Below, piece by piece: positions 1 through 10,375 of a stretch of DNA of 64,000 nucleotides; the first letter of the stretch is position 1, and each line of letters begins with the position of its first letter. The translations under genes were made by a program, and so were the position numbers. The notes below the pieces were generated by a model. That model saw only the letters and a program-made list of their open reading frames with translations, searched no databases and was not told where the DNA came from. This stretch comes from Oopsacas minuta (Eukaryota; Animalia; Porifera), in NCBI GenBank assembly GCA_024704765.1, contig JAKMXF010000300.1, positions 248,001 through 312,000 of the forward strand. The letters are read 5' to 3'.

Positions 1-1
1 T

Positions 2-2113
2 TGCTGGTCACCTAATATCAATGTTTTTGCATTTGCATCAGAAGCTGGGGACCTGTATCTTTTCAGGTATATCCCATGGCAGAAAGTATGGGAAATTCCT
101 CCAAGAGAAGATCATACAAAATTCACTGTATTAGAATGGTCGCGTGATGAATTGATGCTAGCTGGGGGGAAAGACAATGGAAATGTAGAAATCTATCATA
201 TAGAAAAAGGTACTCTTCTCTTTCAATTCTCAATTTCGGCTGAAGTTACATGTTTGAGTTGGTCTATTCATGAAGTGGACGCCCAGAGCGATTTGTTAAC
301 TTCACTTAAAAAGTGCAATGATGATTTTCACGCCTTTTTTGGGCCTCTACCCAAACTGGAAAGTGTTGATGAATTGTGTAGGGTACAAGAAACATTATTT
401 GAACCTAATTTGCTGAAGAAATTCGCCAAACAGAATACATTAAGTATATTGTTAATTGGAAGCAAAATTGGAGAAGTTTGGTTGAATATTGATGGGTTAT
501 TTTGTCCAAGTTTTTTCAAACTCCATTCAGAACCCACGAAAATAACTGCACTGAAAATATCTAATAATTTGAATGATATTTTCATCACTCATAGTGACGA
601 ACAGGAAAACATATCTGTTTGTCTTGCGAAAACTTGTTTTTTTAAGCAATATAACCACGAAATTCGAGTATTTTCTCAACAATTCAAAATAATATCCTTC
701 CTTCTTCAATACATGAGTACAGTTATTAACGTAATGTCAGAAAGCTACGAAGCAGTACTAACGAAATTAGACGAAAAACTAGCGAAATTTGTCGAGTTGT
801 TACCAGATGATGTTTTAGTGGTGGATGAGTTCTTAAAACTTCTAAGCATGGGGAATAACAGACCTGAGATTCTCCCGTTTATAAGTAGAGATCTTTCGTT
901 TTCTAACCCTAGAAATAAGAAGCTCCCCAATGACATTGAAACTTCACACCAAAATTTAACATCAGTCATCAAAAATCATCTTTTGCTCAGCTCTGAGATG
1001 CTCTACTATAAATTAATACAAGTGCAGAAAGTATGTAAAATACGTGCATTCGATAAGTTAGGGTATAAATCAGATGCGTTTGAGAGTTGTTCTATGTTAA
1101 CTGGTACGTTTATGTTGAAAACTTTTGAACTTCTTCATGTCACGCAAAGCAGTAAGGAAAGTTTTCAAGTGTTCTTTGAATGGATAAATATTGTCGGAGA
1201 TAGGATACAGGGAATTGACCAGAATAGCAATAAAACATTGACAATGAAGCAGTACGAGATTTTGATTGAATTCTTAATGAGTCAATTGAAACAATCTGGA
1301 ACACCTCCGTACGTGAAATTTAATGTAGAATTAGTTGAACAGTATTTCATGCCGAAAGATCTGTCTTGTCAACAAAGAAACAACTCACCTTGGCTGAAAA
1401 TGGCCGAGGAAATTCTTCCACAAGATTTCCCATTAATACGTCCTGATCCTAGCTCATCTTTACTACAAATAATGCAATCTTTGCTGACACGAGTTAAAGA
1501 TAGTTTTCTAATCGCTTCGGGGAATATCTCACAGGAAATTTTCAAGAATTTAACACACAATAAGATTAAGACTGTCTCAGCATCTACTAAACCTATTTTC
1601 GTGGAACATAAAAATGCCATGCTTGTGATTATAACTCTAACTGCCCCGTTAGAAAAGTACATACTTATTCTACGGTATGCTTTTGGAGAATTTTATTACA
1701 CATTTATATCATTAACTGGGTTAGAAGGATCTTTGAGTATAGATTCTATTTGTGAATATAATGATCTGTGTTTTGCTGTAATGGTGAATTATTTGGATGA
1801 ACGAAAGGATAGTTATTCTATGTTTATCATATCGTTTGATGTGCTGTTGGATGCGAAATATTTTTCATTTTCGTATGATTTCCCTGAAGATATTGATGAA
1901 ATAGCTTTACAAGTTTCAGCTTCAAGTTGTGTGTGTTTGACTCTTGATCGTTTCAAGGTTAGCACATGGACTGTGTCCTCGAGTCGTAAACTAGCAGGAT
2001 TCGTATATCAAGATAAGAAAAGTATCCGTCTTTACAATCTGGATGGTAGTGGAATGAAAAAGATTGAAGAGGTAATGCAGGAATCAATGGATGAGAGTTT
2101 ATCACATAATTAG
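2..2113 (+). CDS. ANAPC4: Anaphase-promoting complex subunit 4 (5' end outside window, no intron seen)
   Basis: The 152..2113 frame is open back to base 2 and reads CWSPNINVFAFASEAGDLYLFRYIPWQKVWEIPP...LEWSRDELMLAGG, matching the APC4 WD40 N-terminus (WSPKRDLIALAN..GEVLLHRL..FHRVW); a long helical domain follows. Confidence 0.88.
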   Translation, partial: CWSPNINVFAFASEAGDLYLFRYIPWQKVWEIPPREDHTKFTVLEWSRDELMLAGGKDNGNVEIYHIEKGTLLFQFSISAEVTCLSWSIHEVDAQSDLLTSLKKCNDDFHAFFGPLPKLESVDELCRVQETLFEPNLLKKFAKQNTLSILLIGSKIGEVWLNIDGLFCPSFFKLHSEPTKITALKISNNLNDIFITHSDEQENISVCLAKTCFFKQYNHEIRVFSQQFKIISFLLQYMSTVINVMSESYEAVLTKLDEKLAKFVELLPDDVLVVDEFLKLLSMGNNRPEILPFISRDLSFSNPRNKKLPNDIETSHQNLTSVIKNHLLLSSEMLYYKLIQVQKVCKIRAFDKLGYKSDAFESCSMLTGTFMLKTFELLHVTQSSKESFQVFFEWINIVGDRIQGIDQNSNKTLTMKQYEILIEFLMSQLKQSGTPPYVKFNVELVEQYFMPKDLSCQQRNNSPWLKMAEEILPQDFPLIRPDPSSSLLQIMQSLLTRVKDSFLIASGNISQEIFKNLTHNKIKTVSASTKPIFVEHKNAMLVIITLTAPLEKYILILRYAFGEFYYTFISLTGLEGSLSIDSICEYNDLCFAVMVNYLDERKDSYSMFIISFDVLLDAKYFSFSYDFPEDIDEIALQVSASSCVCLTLDRFKVSTWTVSSSRKLAGFVYQDKKSIRLYNLDGSGMKKIEEVMQESMDESLSHN

Positions 2114-2223
2114 TATAATCAGTTTACCCCATCACTTGTTTGATTAGTTTAATACAGCAGATTCTCATGAAAACGAATCCCTTTCATCGTCGAATTTGTA
2201 CTACTCTTTCACGAAGGTTAGTA

Positions 2224-2345
2224 TACAGTGTAATCTCCACAAACGGAGTCCAAAAATGCTACCCCGTTTGTGGAGGTTCATTTGGACTAGGTATTTGCTC
2301 TATTTTTCACTCCGTTTCCATACCCGCTGGTGGAGGTACACTGTA
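2224..2345. mobile_element. TA-flanked MITE, family B (Tc1/mariner-like ends)
   Basis: Inverted ends TACAGTGTAATCTCCACAAACGG / revcomp TACAGTGTACCTCCACCAGCGG. The internal AAAATGCTACCCCGTTTGTGGAGGTTCATTTG recurs inverted at ~49144-49176 and in part at ~25390. Confidence 0.7.
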
Positions 2346-2734
2346 AACCGGATTCGTCTAAATCGAGGCACACTGCACTGCATATTGACTATATTTGTGC
2401 AAAGAGTTCAATCATAAGAGTTCATCATAAGGACTGAACTTTTTTGAATACATTATCAATAATATTTCTTTCAAAGTAATTGAGATTCTCATTGTGTTTC
2501 CATGTAGTAGTAAAATTGATAAGCAATATGTGGTGAGTAAAGTTCTTAAAGGGAATAAAAATATGAACTTCAAAATAGCATATCTAAATGTAAGTATCTA
2601 TTTAGTTGACAGGACATGACACTGATTACAGATTAAAATATTTAATTATGTTTTCATCTTTCTGATTGTTCCCTCCCAAATAGTACAGCCTCACACAGTG
2701 AAAAATAGGCTGCTTTATCGATTTAAAAATATTC

Positions 2735-5700
2735 TCACAATTCTGTGCCTATTCTAAGCTGTTTAGGCAATTTAATGCTGGGATCTCCTCTGTCTGAGTG
2801 ATATTTCTGTAAATACAGTTTTCATAAAATACACATATTTGTTGCAATTATTCTAATAGAAATTAACTTACTAGACATGATCTAGGTGCTTGAGGTAGAG
2901 GTTCTCCTGTGTAAGGATGTCTAGCGCTAAAATATAAATGAATAATTATATACTTCTCCTCTTGTATAAATCTATTGAATTTACTGCGGATTTGGCCTAT
3001 TAGCAATCGTATTTTTTGCACGAAAATTCCACTTGCTAAACGTGAATTTGCTATTAGAGGAATTATTTCCAATCTCGCTAATAGGCGAACTCCACTGTAT
3101 TCTCAAAGTATTTTCACTCACTTCATAGATATTTTGGAACTGATTGACTGATCTGATTCTACTTTTTTTAGATCATTAATGTATTCATCTCTTTCAGTAC
3201 GACAAGCATATATCAGTCCACATAATAGAGTAGTTACCACACACACAAATAGAACAATGCCAGCTATAGGTGTAGCGATCCATACAGCCAAATTCACAGG
3301 GTTAACTATAAGAATAAAAGTTTTAGAATTTTTACACTATTAATATATTAGATATGGAAACAGACTATTTTATGGGTCATGATTTGCTACGAGTTATTTT
3401 CTATTCATTTTCTATGTTTATCGCATCATATGCTGCTGGATATTTGCCGTTATATTTCAATTTATCAGAGAAGATGATCGCATACACAAGCTCGTTGGGT
3501 GCTGGACTCTTAATAGGAACTGCTCTTGCAGTTATTATTCCAGAAGGAGTAAACACGCTATACAGTACTGAGAATGTTGTTAATACACTCGATACTTCTG
3601 ATCAATTACAAACCGATTACAGACATGTGTATCTTGGAACAGCCCTTGTAACTGGATTTCTATTAATGCTAATAATAGACCAACTCTTATTTCGTGACCA
3701 ACACTCACACGGACATGAAGAGGCCACCATTTCGTTACCCACCTCCTCAGAGAAGCAAACATCCCACAAACGCACAAACCAGTCTACAGCTACTATAGGA
3801 CTAGTAGTACACTCAGCAGCTGATGGTATAGCATTAGGTGCAGCATCTGCATCAGGTCATTCTCATGTAGAGCTACTCATTTTCATAGCTATTATGCTGC
3901 ATAAAGCTCCTGCAGCTTTTGGGTTAACTTCTATACTACTACATGCTGGTTGTGAAAAGCGTAAAATTAAACGCCATCTATTGTTATTTGCTGTTACTGC
4001 TCCAATCGCATCTCTCATCATATTCCTGCTACTAACTCGTGTTTATCAAGAGGCAGTTATTAGCGATAAAATAAATGGAATAGCTCTGCTATTCTCTGCA
4101 GGGACTTTCCTATATGTTGCTACAGTACATGTTATCCCAGAGCTATCTCAAGGAAAGATACAGCTAGGTAGATGCGAAGTAGTGTATATTATAGTAGGTT
4201 CAATTCTACCTTTACTATTCTCTGTTATGCACCAGCATTAATGCACACGATTGAATAATCACTTTATTAATTATTTGGTTTGTAAATTTTGCTTCTATTT
4301 ATAGATTTATTATAATGTATACTTATTTATTTTAACTTACTACGATTCTCATTGGTGACGTAAAGTTCTGTGCAATTACGTGATTGTAATATCCCTGACG
4401 CTTCTACTTCAATACAGACTTTGGAGTATTTCGTTCCATCCAGATTGGAGAAGTTGTAAGAAGTAATGTTTGAAGATAATGGGCCGATTTCATAGAATAT
4501 TTCTAGAGATAATTTAATGTAATTTGAATACTTTTATTGTTGAAAATAGTCCATCAGTTTGCTTACCTCCTGAATAGCGTAATAGTATAATGTAGTATTG
4601 TATTTCTACATTAGGTTCTTCCTCGAGAGCCCATTCTATTATCCAACTCAAATCGACCATCTTTTTTGTTAATAGTAACGAGGGAAATTCAAAGGTATCT
4701 ACAATTGTAGGATGTAAATAATGTATAAGCTATACAATAAAACTGTATTACATATATGACACATACCTGCATAAGTAACTACTTCTATGATTGTAGAATT
4801 GGGACCAAATCCTCCCTCAGTGTACGCTTGTACCTTGACTGAATATTTCGTACTAGCTAGTAATCCCATTAGAGTATATCGAGTAATGGTACCGTCAACT
4901 AAAACACTTTCATAGTTTTCTTCCGTAGAAGTCCACCACAATCTATAGCTTATAATAATTGAGTCTCCATCCGAATAAGCTTGTGCTGGTTTCTATACGA
5001 AATAGAAATTGATAAAATTCCTTCTCTTAGAATTTCTATATATAATTATGACCTAAACTTACATTCCAGTTATATTCTAATATTGAGTTTGATATTGTTA
5101 TTCCTTGCAGATTATCTGGTGAGTTTGTTGGAGCTAATAAGATAGATATAATTCAAACATATATGAGTTTTAAATAAGTGTATTCGCGAAAATACTCACC
5201 TCTGTGTAATGTTTTAAATTGAATTGGGCTTCCATAAAATTGTCCTACACTTGCGAAGTACACAATCCTGACCATATAGTAGGTGTTACCTTGTAGATTA
5301 TTAATTGTAGTTTGTTGAGTGCCGACTAATACCTCACCTCCAGCCAACCACATAGATATGCCCTAATATAGAAGTTAATATATTACATGATATGTATTAG
5401 GATTGTATTGCAATACTTACATTAGCGGCCTTCTTATAATCAACTCTGTATTTATTTATCATATAATCTTCTGATGGTTCATCCCAGGATACTCTCACTT
5501 GATTTGAACCTATATCGCTTACCCATGGGATGCTCATAGGGCCTATTTAGCAATTGATAAATTCGAATAATTTCAAATATTTAAATAGGGGAATTGTCTT
5601 ACTTGTAACTTGTATGTTGATTGTATTAATTGTACTTCCAACTTGATTGCTTGCACTACAAGTATAGCTACCAGCATCACTCTGTGATAATCTTTTCAGC

Positions 5701-8700
5701 TCCAGCTATATATCAGTTCATATTATTTAACAATATTCGAAACTTTTAAATTTTATTTATTACCTCTGAATATTTCCATCTTCCAATAGACTCTGTAGTA
5801 ATACCTTCAGTTATTTCTACTCCATCAGGATCATACCATGTTATCGTTACCATGGGGTAACCTGTATAGTTGCATGACAAAGTTGCTGTAGAGTTTGCTA
5901 GCAATAGTGAACCAGGGAATACATTCTTTTCCAAGAAAATTGGCTTGTGTTTTACAATTAATCCAACCTAATTATAATTATTAAAATTATTTAAATAAAA
6001 TGTATATCGTATTTATAATTAACTCACACTTGTAGTAGCAATTCCTGCTTTATTTTCGCTAGTTAAAGTGTATGAAGCTTGATCTGACAGTGTAAGAGTT
6101 GAAAATGATATGATAACGCTGGTGTCTGTAATTTCTAGTTGAATATTGGAATCGTTTTCAACTGATTCGGAACCTTTCAGGAGATCGATTTTTGTGAGGG
6201 GTTCACAGGTCCCTGAATAGTCTAGAGTTATGGTATAGAGTTTCCCTTCTGTCCCTTGGAAGGGGGCGAAAAAGTTTGGGAAAACTGGAAGCTCTAGAAA
6301 ATTGTAAAATTGCATTATCTGTATCAGTATCTTAATTATTTCTATAACAGTGTATCGAGTGGCTTTACTGCTAATTTGCCTATCGTTATGTATTCGACAC
6401 GATTCCCATATAAATGACTTGGATTCCAATTCTTCTATTAAACTTTGAAATTATCCATCCGTTTACAGATTTAACGTTATTACTTCCTATTAGACATCTT
6501 AATTCGTTTTCTATTGCATTGGCGATAATTTTCATTTCCTATCTGTCTGGCATTTGATTGGGAATTAGACTTTGAAATATTTGATAAATAGTATGGATTT
6601 CAAGCCTTCAACTATCAATTAACGGTAGTAGTAGTAATTACAAATATATTTCCAATTATGTGGTTCTGAATCTTGAAATTGGTTTAATTACTCGAAAATA
6701 CAAATTATGGCCTCTAATTATACTGAACTCTATCCTACATATTAACGCGTTAGAAAAATACAACTAAATATTGGTGTGTAATGAAATTCAAATATTCATT
6801 GTGTAAGTCGGGTTCACAGGAAGAATGGAATATGTCCAGACAATATTTGCTAAATATCCAAAGTGTTCACCACACATATTGGCGTCCCCTTGCGAATAAT
6901 AGAGCGAGTTTTTAAGGTCAAATTCGCATCTAAGATATAATTACAATGCCGAATTAACCGCTATAGTCTCCTTATTTTGAACTACATACTTGTGTTTGAA
7001 CCCATGATATATTTAGTGATACTAATCCACATTTTGAAGATTCGTTTATCTGTCTAATGCTATTATTTTCAGAGTAATAAACTGATATTTCTCTTTGTAT
7101 ATTTAGATGCGAATTCTGTCACGTTACGACCAGACTACAGTAATTCATCGATATTAAAATGCTAAATTCTGGAAATTCAACAAACCCAATGTTGCTACAT
7201 AACAAATTACATAACAACAATGAAACAACGAGATGGTTAGCTTCCGCTGCGACTACTGGAGGCTCAAAAGGCAGCAGAAGACATCCAGGTAAAGCTATAC
7301 TAGCTGGAGGCATAGCTGGTGGTATTGAGATAATGATAACATTCCCTACTGAATATGTAAAAACGCAATTGCAATTAGATGAAAAATCTGCAACACCTAA
7401 GTTCAAGGGTGTAACAGATTGTATAAAACAAACTTATCGAGGTCATGGGTTCTTCGGCTTCTACCGTGGCCTTAGTTCTCTGTTATACGGTTCCATACCT
7501 AAAGCATCTGTTAGATTTGCAATGTTTGAATACCTCAAAAATCAATTATCTGATGAGAAAGGAAATCTCTCACAGGGAGGAACATTATTATCAGGATTAG
7601 GAGCAGGTATGACGGAAGCTGTGTTGGTTGTGTGTCCAATGGAAACAATCAAAGTTAAGTTTATTCACGATCAAACTCAACCTAGTCCAAGGTACAGAGG
7701 ATTTTTCCACGGAGTTAGACTTATACTTCGGGAAGAGGGATTTTTTGGCGTTTATAAGGGTCTATTACCAACTATCTTGAAACAGGGCACTAATCAAATG
7801 ATACGATTTTTCGTGTTCACAAATCTTAAGAAATGGAAGCAAGGAGGCGAAAACACAAAGAATATTGGTAGCTTTTATACTTTTATTTTCGGTGGACTTG
7901 CGGGAGCTGCCAGTGTATTCGGAAATACTCCAATTGATGTTGTAAAGACCCGTATGCAAGGTCTTGAATCTCACAAGTATAAAAGCTCATGGGATTGTGT
8001 TGTACAGATTTTCAAGAAAGAAGGAGTTATGGCTTTTTACAAAGGAACAATCCCAAGATTGGGTCGTGTATGTGCTGATGTGGCTATTGTTTTCACTATT
8101 TATGAAAAGGTAATGCAAGCCTTAGATTACGTTTGGAAAACTTAACCAGTTTATTGTTACATTTTCGTAGCTAATATTATTTATTCTCTTCTTCTTCTCA
8201 TAAAAATCATATCTGCTGATATCTATGTGTATGTATTAACTATGGGAAGATTCATAATTTAGTTTTTGATATAAACTGCACTAGAGTGTGATCGAGTTAT
8301 CATTCCAGTAGGAAACGTTTAAATTTCCCTTTAAGAACGGATTAATCTCGATAATGATGTCAATATACTTTATCTTTTCTACGATTGCTATAAACGCGAA
8401 AATAATTATGAGTAAAATATCATAACACAACTTTAATGAAACTTCTGACATTTTAATTGATTATCACTCTCTATTATCTTTGGTTCTTGTTAATATTAAC
8501 TTTATTACATAATTTTATATGTAAATCTTTTCTATAGTAGAAAGTTCAATTGCAATTAATCATTACATATCACTTCATTAGATATGAAATGACACTCACC
8601 TAATAAAAAATTAGCAAAAATTTTCTACATGAATGGAGAAACCTATACATTGTTCATTTTAGTGCTTCTTACAAGGGACCATTTTTGGCACTAAATTCGG

Positions 8701-9471
8701 CGACACACTTGTGGAGCCAATTAACAACTATACTCAATAAACTGTCTTAGTCATTCGGTTATCCCTTATGTCATATTTAAATACGCAAGGCAGCTCTCTG
8801 GCCTCTGGTTACTGAATCACAATAACTTTGTTGTAGAGTCCAATTTGCTACCAAATCCTTAGGATTAGGATTATACTGCATATTTACTGATAATTGAAAC
8901 ATCTATACAATTCGACAAGTTTTTGTATGAATTGTTAAAAGTGAGCGAATCTAAAATGACAATTTTTGTATTATCTTATCCATATTTCAACAATTTCTCA
9001 TTCGAAATTACAACCATATTTGGCTAGAAACATATTTATAAATGTACTCACCTTCAATGCATATATATGCTGTTTCAGATATTTCGCTGGTTTGATTATA
9101 TATTCGACATCTATATGCGTTTGACGGACCTGCATCTTGATCTGTAATACTCGAAAATACTAGATCTCCACAATTTCCTATCACACAACTGCAATCATTC
9201 TCTGACCCTGTGTTGATAGTTTTTTCGTTTTTTGTCCAGATTAATATTTGAGCTGAACACTCAAGAACAGCTCTACTGCCTCGCTTCACAACAATATTAT
9301 TTGGTAGTTTTATATCCGTGCATTCTAGAACAAATTGTGATAAATTCAAAATGGGAAATTCGCGGAATGTCCTAGAAAACTATCGTCGATCTTACCTTGT
9401 GTTTGTACGATTTGCATCTTGATAATGCTGAACAAGATTAGTAATAGAAAATACTGTAGCTTCATTTGCAT
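2735..9471 (-). CDS. Type I membrane receptor: signal peptide, 3 Ig-like, 3 FN3, TM, short tail (14-exon model)
   Basis: Traced by eye with phase-consistent GT-AG introns. Exon 1 is 9471-9396 ([17 protein letters not shown] signal peptide); Ig exons are 9324-9052 and 6293-6028; an Ig I-set follows ([35 protein letters not shown]); FN3 exons include [19 protein letters not shown], and [21 protein letters not shown]; TM exon 3305-3122 ([30 protein letters not shown]); stop at 2737-2735. Confidence 0.8.
2982..3099. mobile_element. Small TA-flanked MITE inside an intron of the Ig/FN3 gene
   Basis: Left TACTGCGGATTTGGCCTATTAGC vs revcomp of right end TACAGTGGAGTTCGCCTATTAGC (19/23 identical). Confidence 0.6.
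3354..4241 (+). CDS. SLC39A9: Zinc transporter ZIP9, intronless, nested in an antisense intron
   Basis: [48 protein letters not shown] and [18 protein letters not shown] are ZIP9 signature segments; His-rich loop QHSHGH. Confidence 0.93.
   Translation: METDYFMGHDLLRVIFYSFSMFIASYAAGYLPLYFNLSEKMIAYTSSLGAGLLIGTALAVIIPEGVNTLYSTENVVNTLDTSDQLQTDYRHVYLGTALVTGFLLMLIIDQLLFRDQHSHGHEEATISLPTSSEKQTSHKRTNQSTATIGLVVHSAADGIALGAASASGHSHVELLIFIAIMLHKAPAAFGLTSILLHAGCEKRKIKRHLLLFAVTAPIASLIIFLLLTRVYQEAVISDKINGIALLFSAGTFLYVATVHVIPELSQGKIQLGRCEVVYIIVGSILPLLFSVMHQH
7159..8145 (+). CDS. SLC25A1: Mitochondrial citrate/tricarboxylate carrier, intronless
   Basis: Three carrier repeats [10 protein letters not shown] / PMETIKVKF / [10 protein letters not shown]; [15 protein letters not shown] and [11 protein letters not shown] match the citrate carrier. 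Confidence 0.93.
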   Translation: MLNSGNSTNPMLLHNKLHNNNETTRWLASAATTGGSKGSRRHPGKAILAGGIAGGIEIMITFPTEYVKTQLQLDEKSATPKFKGVTDCIKQTYRGHGFFGFYRGLSSLLYGSIPKASVRFAMFEYLKNQLSDEKGNLSQGGTLLSGLGAGMTEAVLVVCPMETIKVKFIHDQTQPSPRYRGFFHGVRLILREEGFFGVYKGLLPTILKQGTNQMIRFFVFTNLKKWKQGGENTKNIGSFYTFIFGGLAGAASVFGNTPIDVVKTRMQGLESHKYKSSWDCVVQIFKKEGVMAFYKGTIPRLGRVCADVAIVFTIYEKVMQALDYVWKT

Positions 9472-10375
9472 GAATATATTATAACCTTGTTGTGTACAAA
9501 TAATGAAGTAACAAATAATAATAATCTATTTGAACTACCATAAGAGTGAGCTTTATATACTCGCTATTCATAGTACTATCTCTGAAGCCATTTGTGCCTC
9601 TAATTTAAATGCTGTTAGAGTGGCTCGACAAATCGATTTCTACTTAGAACAATAATGCCTATTATTGTACTCATTATCGGGTATGTATTTGATTGAACAC
9701 TTGATGGATAATTAGCAGGTTCAAAACACAATTGAAACATTTGCAAATGATTGATTTGAATGAGACAGACTTGTGATCTTTAAGATACATCAATTTGTCT
9801 ATTCCTCTTTTTGCAGACTTTTCAAAATTTGAATTTTGGATATCAAAAGCTAAGGTTAGCTTCGAAAATCTACAATGCCCCTATCCTATTATTTATGAGA
9901 TATAGCATAATATGCATGTTTTGCATTAATAGTGAACAAAGGAGATGCCGTATGTTCACGTTGGCTTCATTCTATGTATTGTCTACAGCAATGTGCCCAA
10001 AGATAAATATTTGTCAAATTTCCAAATATTATTTGCTTCGTACTCTTCTGGAAAATATTTAATACATATTCATTATACGTATTAAGTAATACAAATGTAA
10101 AATATCTATATTAATTCTCTAATTTTGATGGAATTCAATCCGCGGTTACTTTTCAATTAATATTTAGAAATTCGTCTAATTAGCTTAATTATGTATTTTG
10201 TATAATTCGTGTTAAATTTTACCGAAAATTAATAAATACCATTATTTTGACTAAACTCAATTGTTTATATTGCATATATGTTATTCATGAATTGATTTCC
10301 TCTGCGATATTTTGTTATTCAATACTCGCATATGATTTGTCTGGAATTTATTTATAATGGTTCTTAGCGATTACT

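Noticed and set aside
2140-2417. Two short + strand ORFs after ANAPC4
   Set aside because: They overlap the 2224-2345 MITE and have no coding features.
9500-10370. ORF 9811-10062 and possible RNA gene in the divergent gap between the receptor and the CK-like gene
   Set aside because: No recognisable protein motif, tRNA boxes or stable structure seen; probably promoter/UTR sequence, which I cannot delimit.
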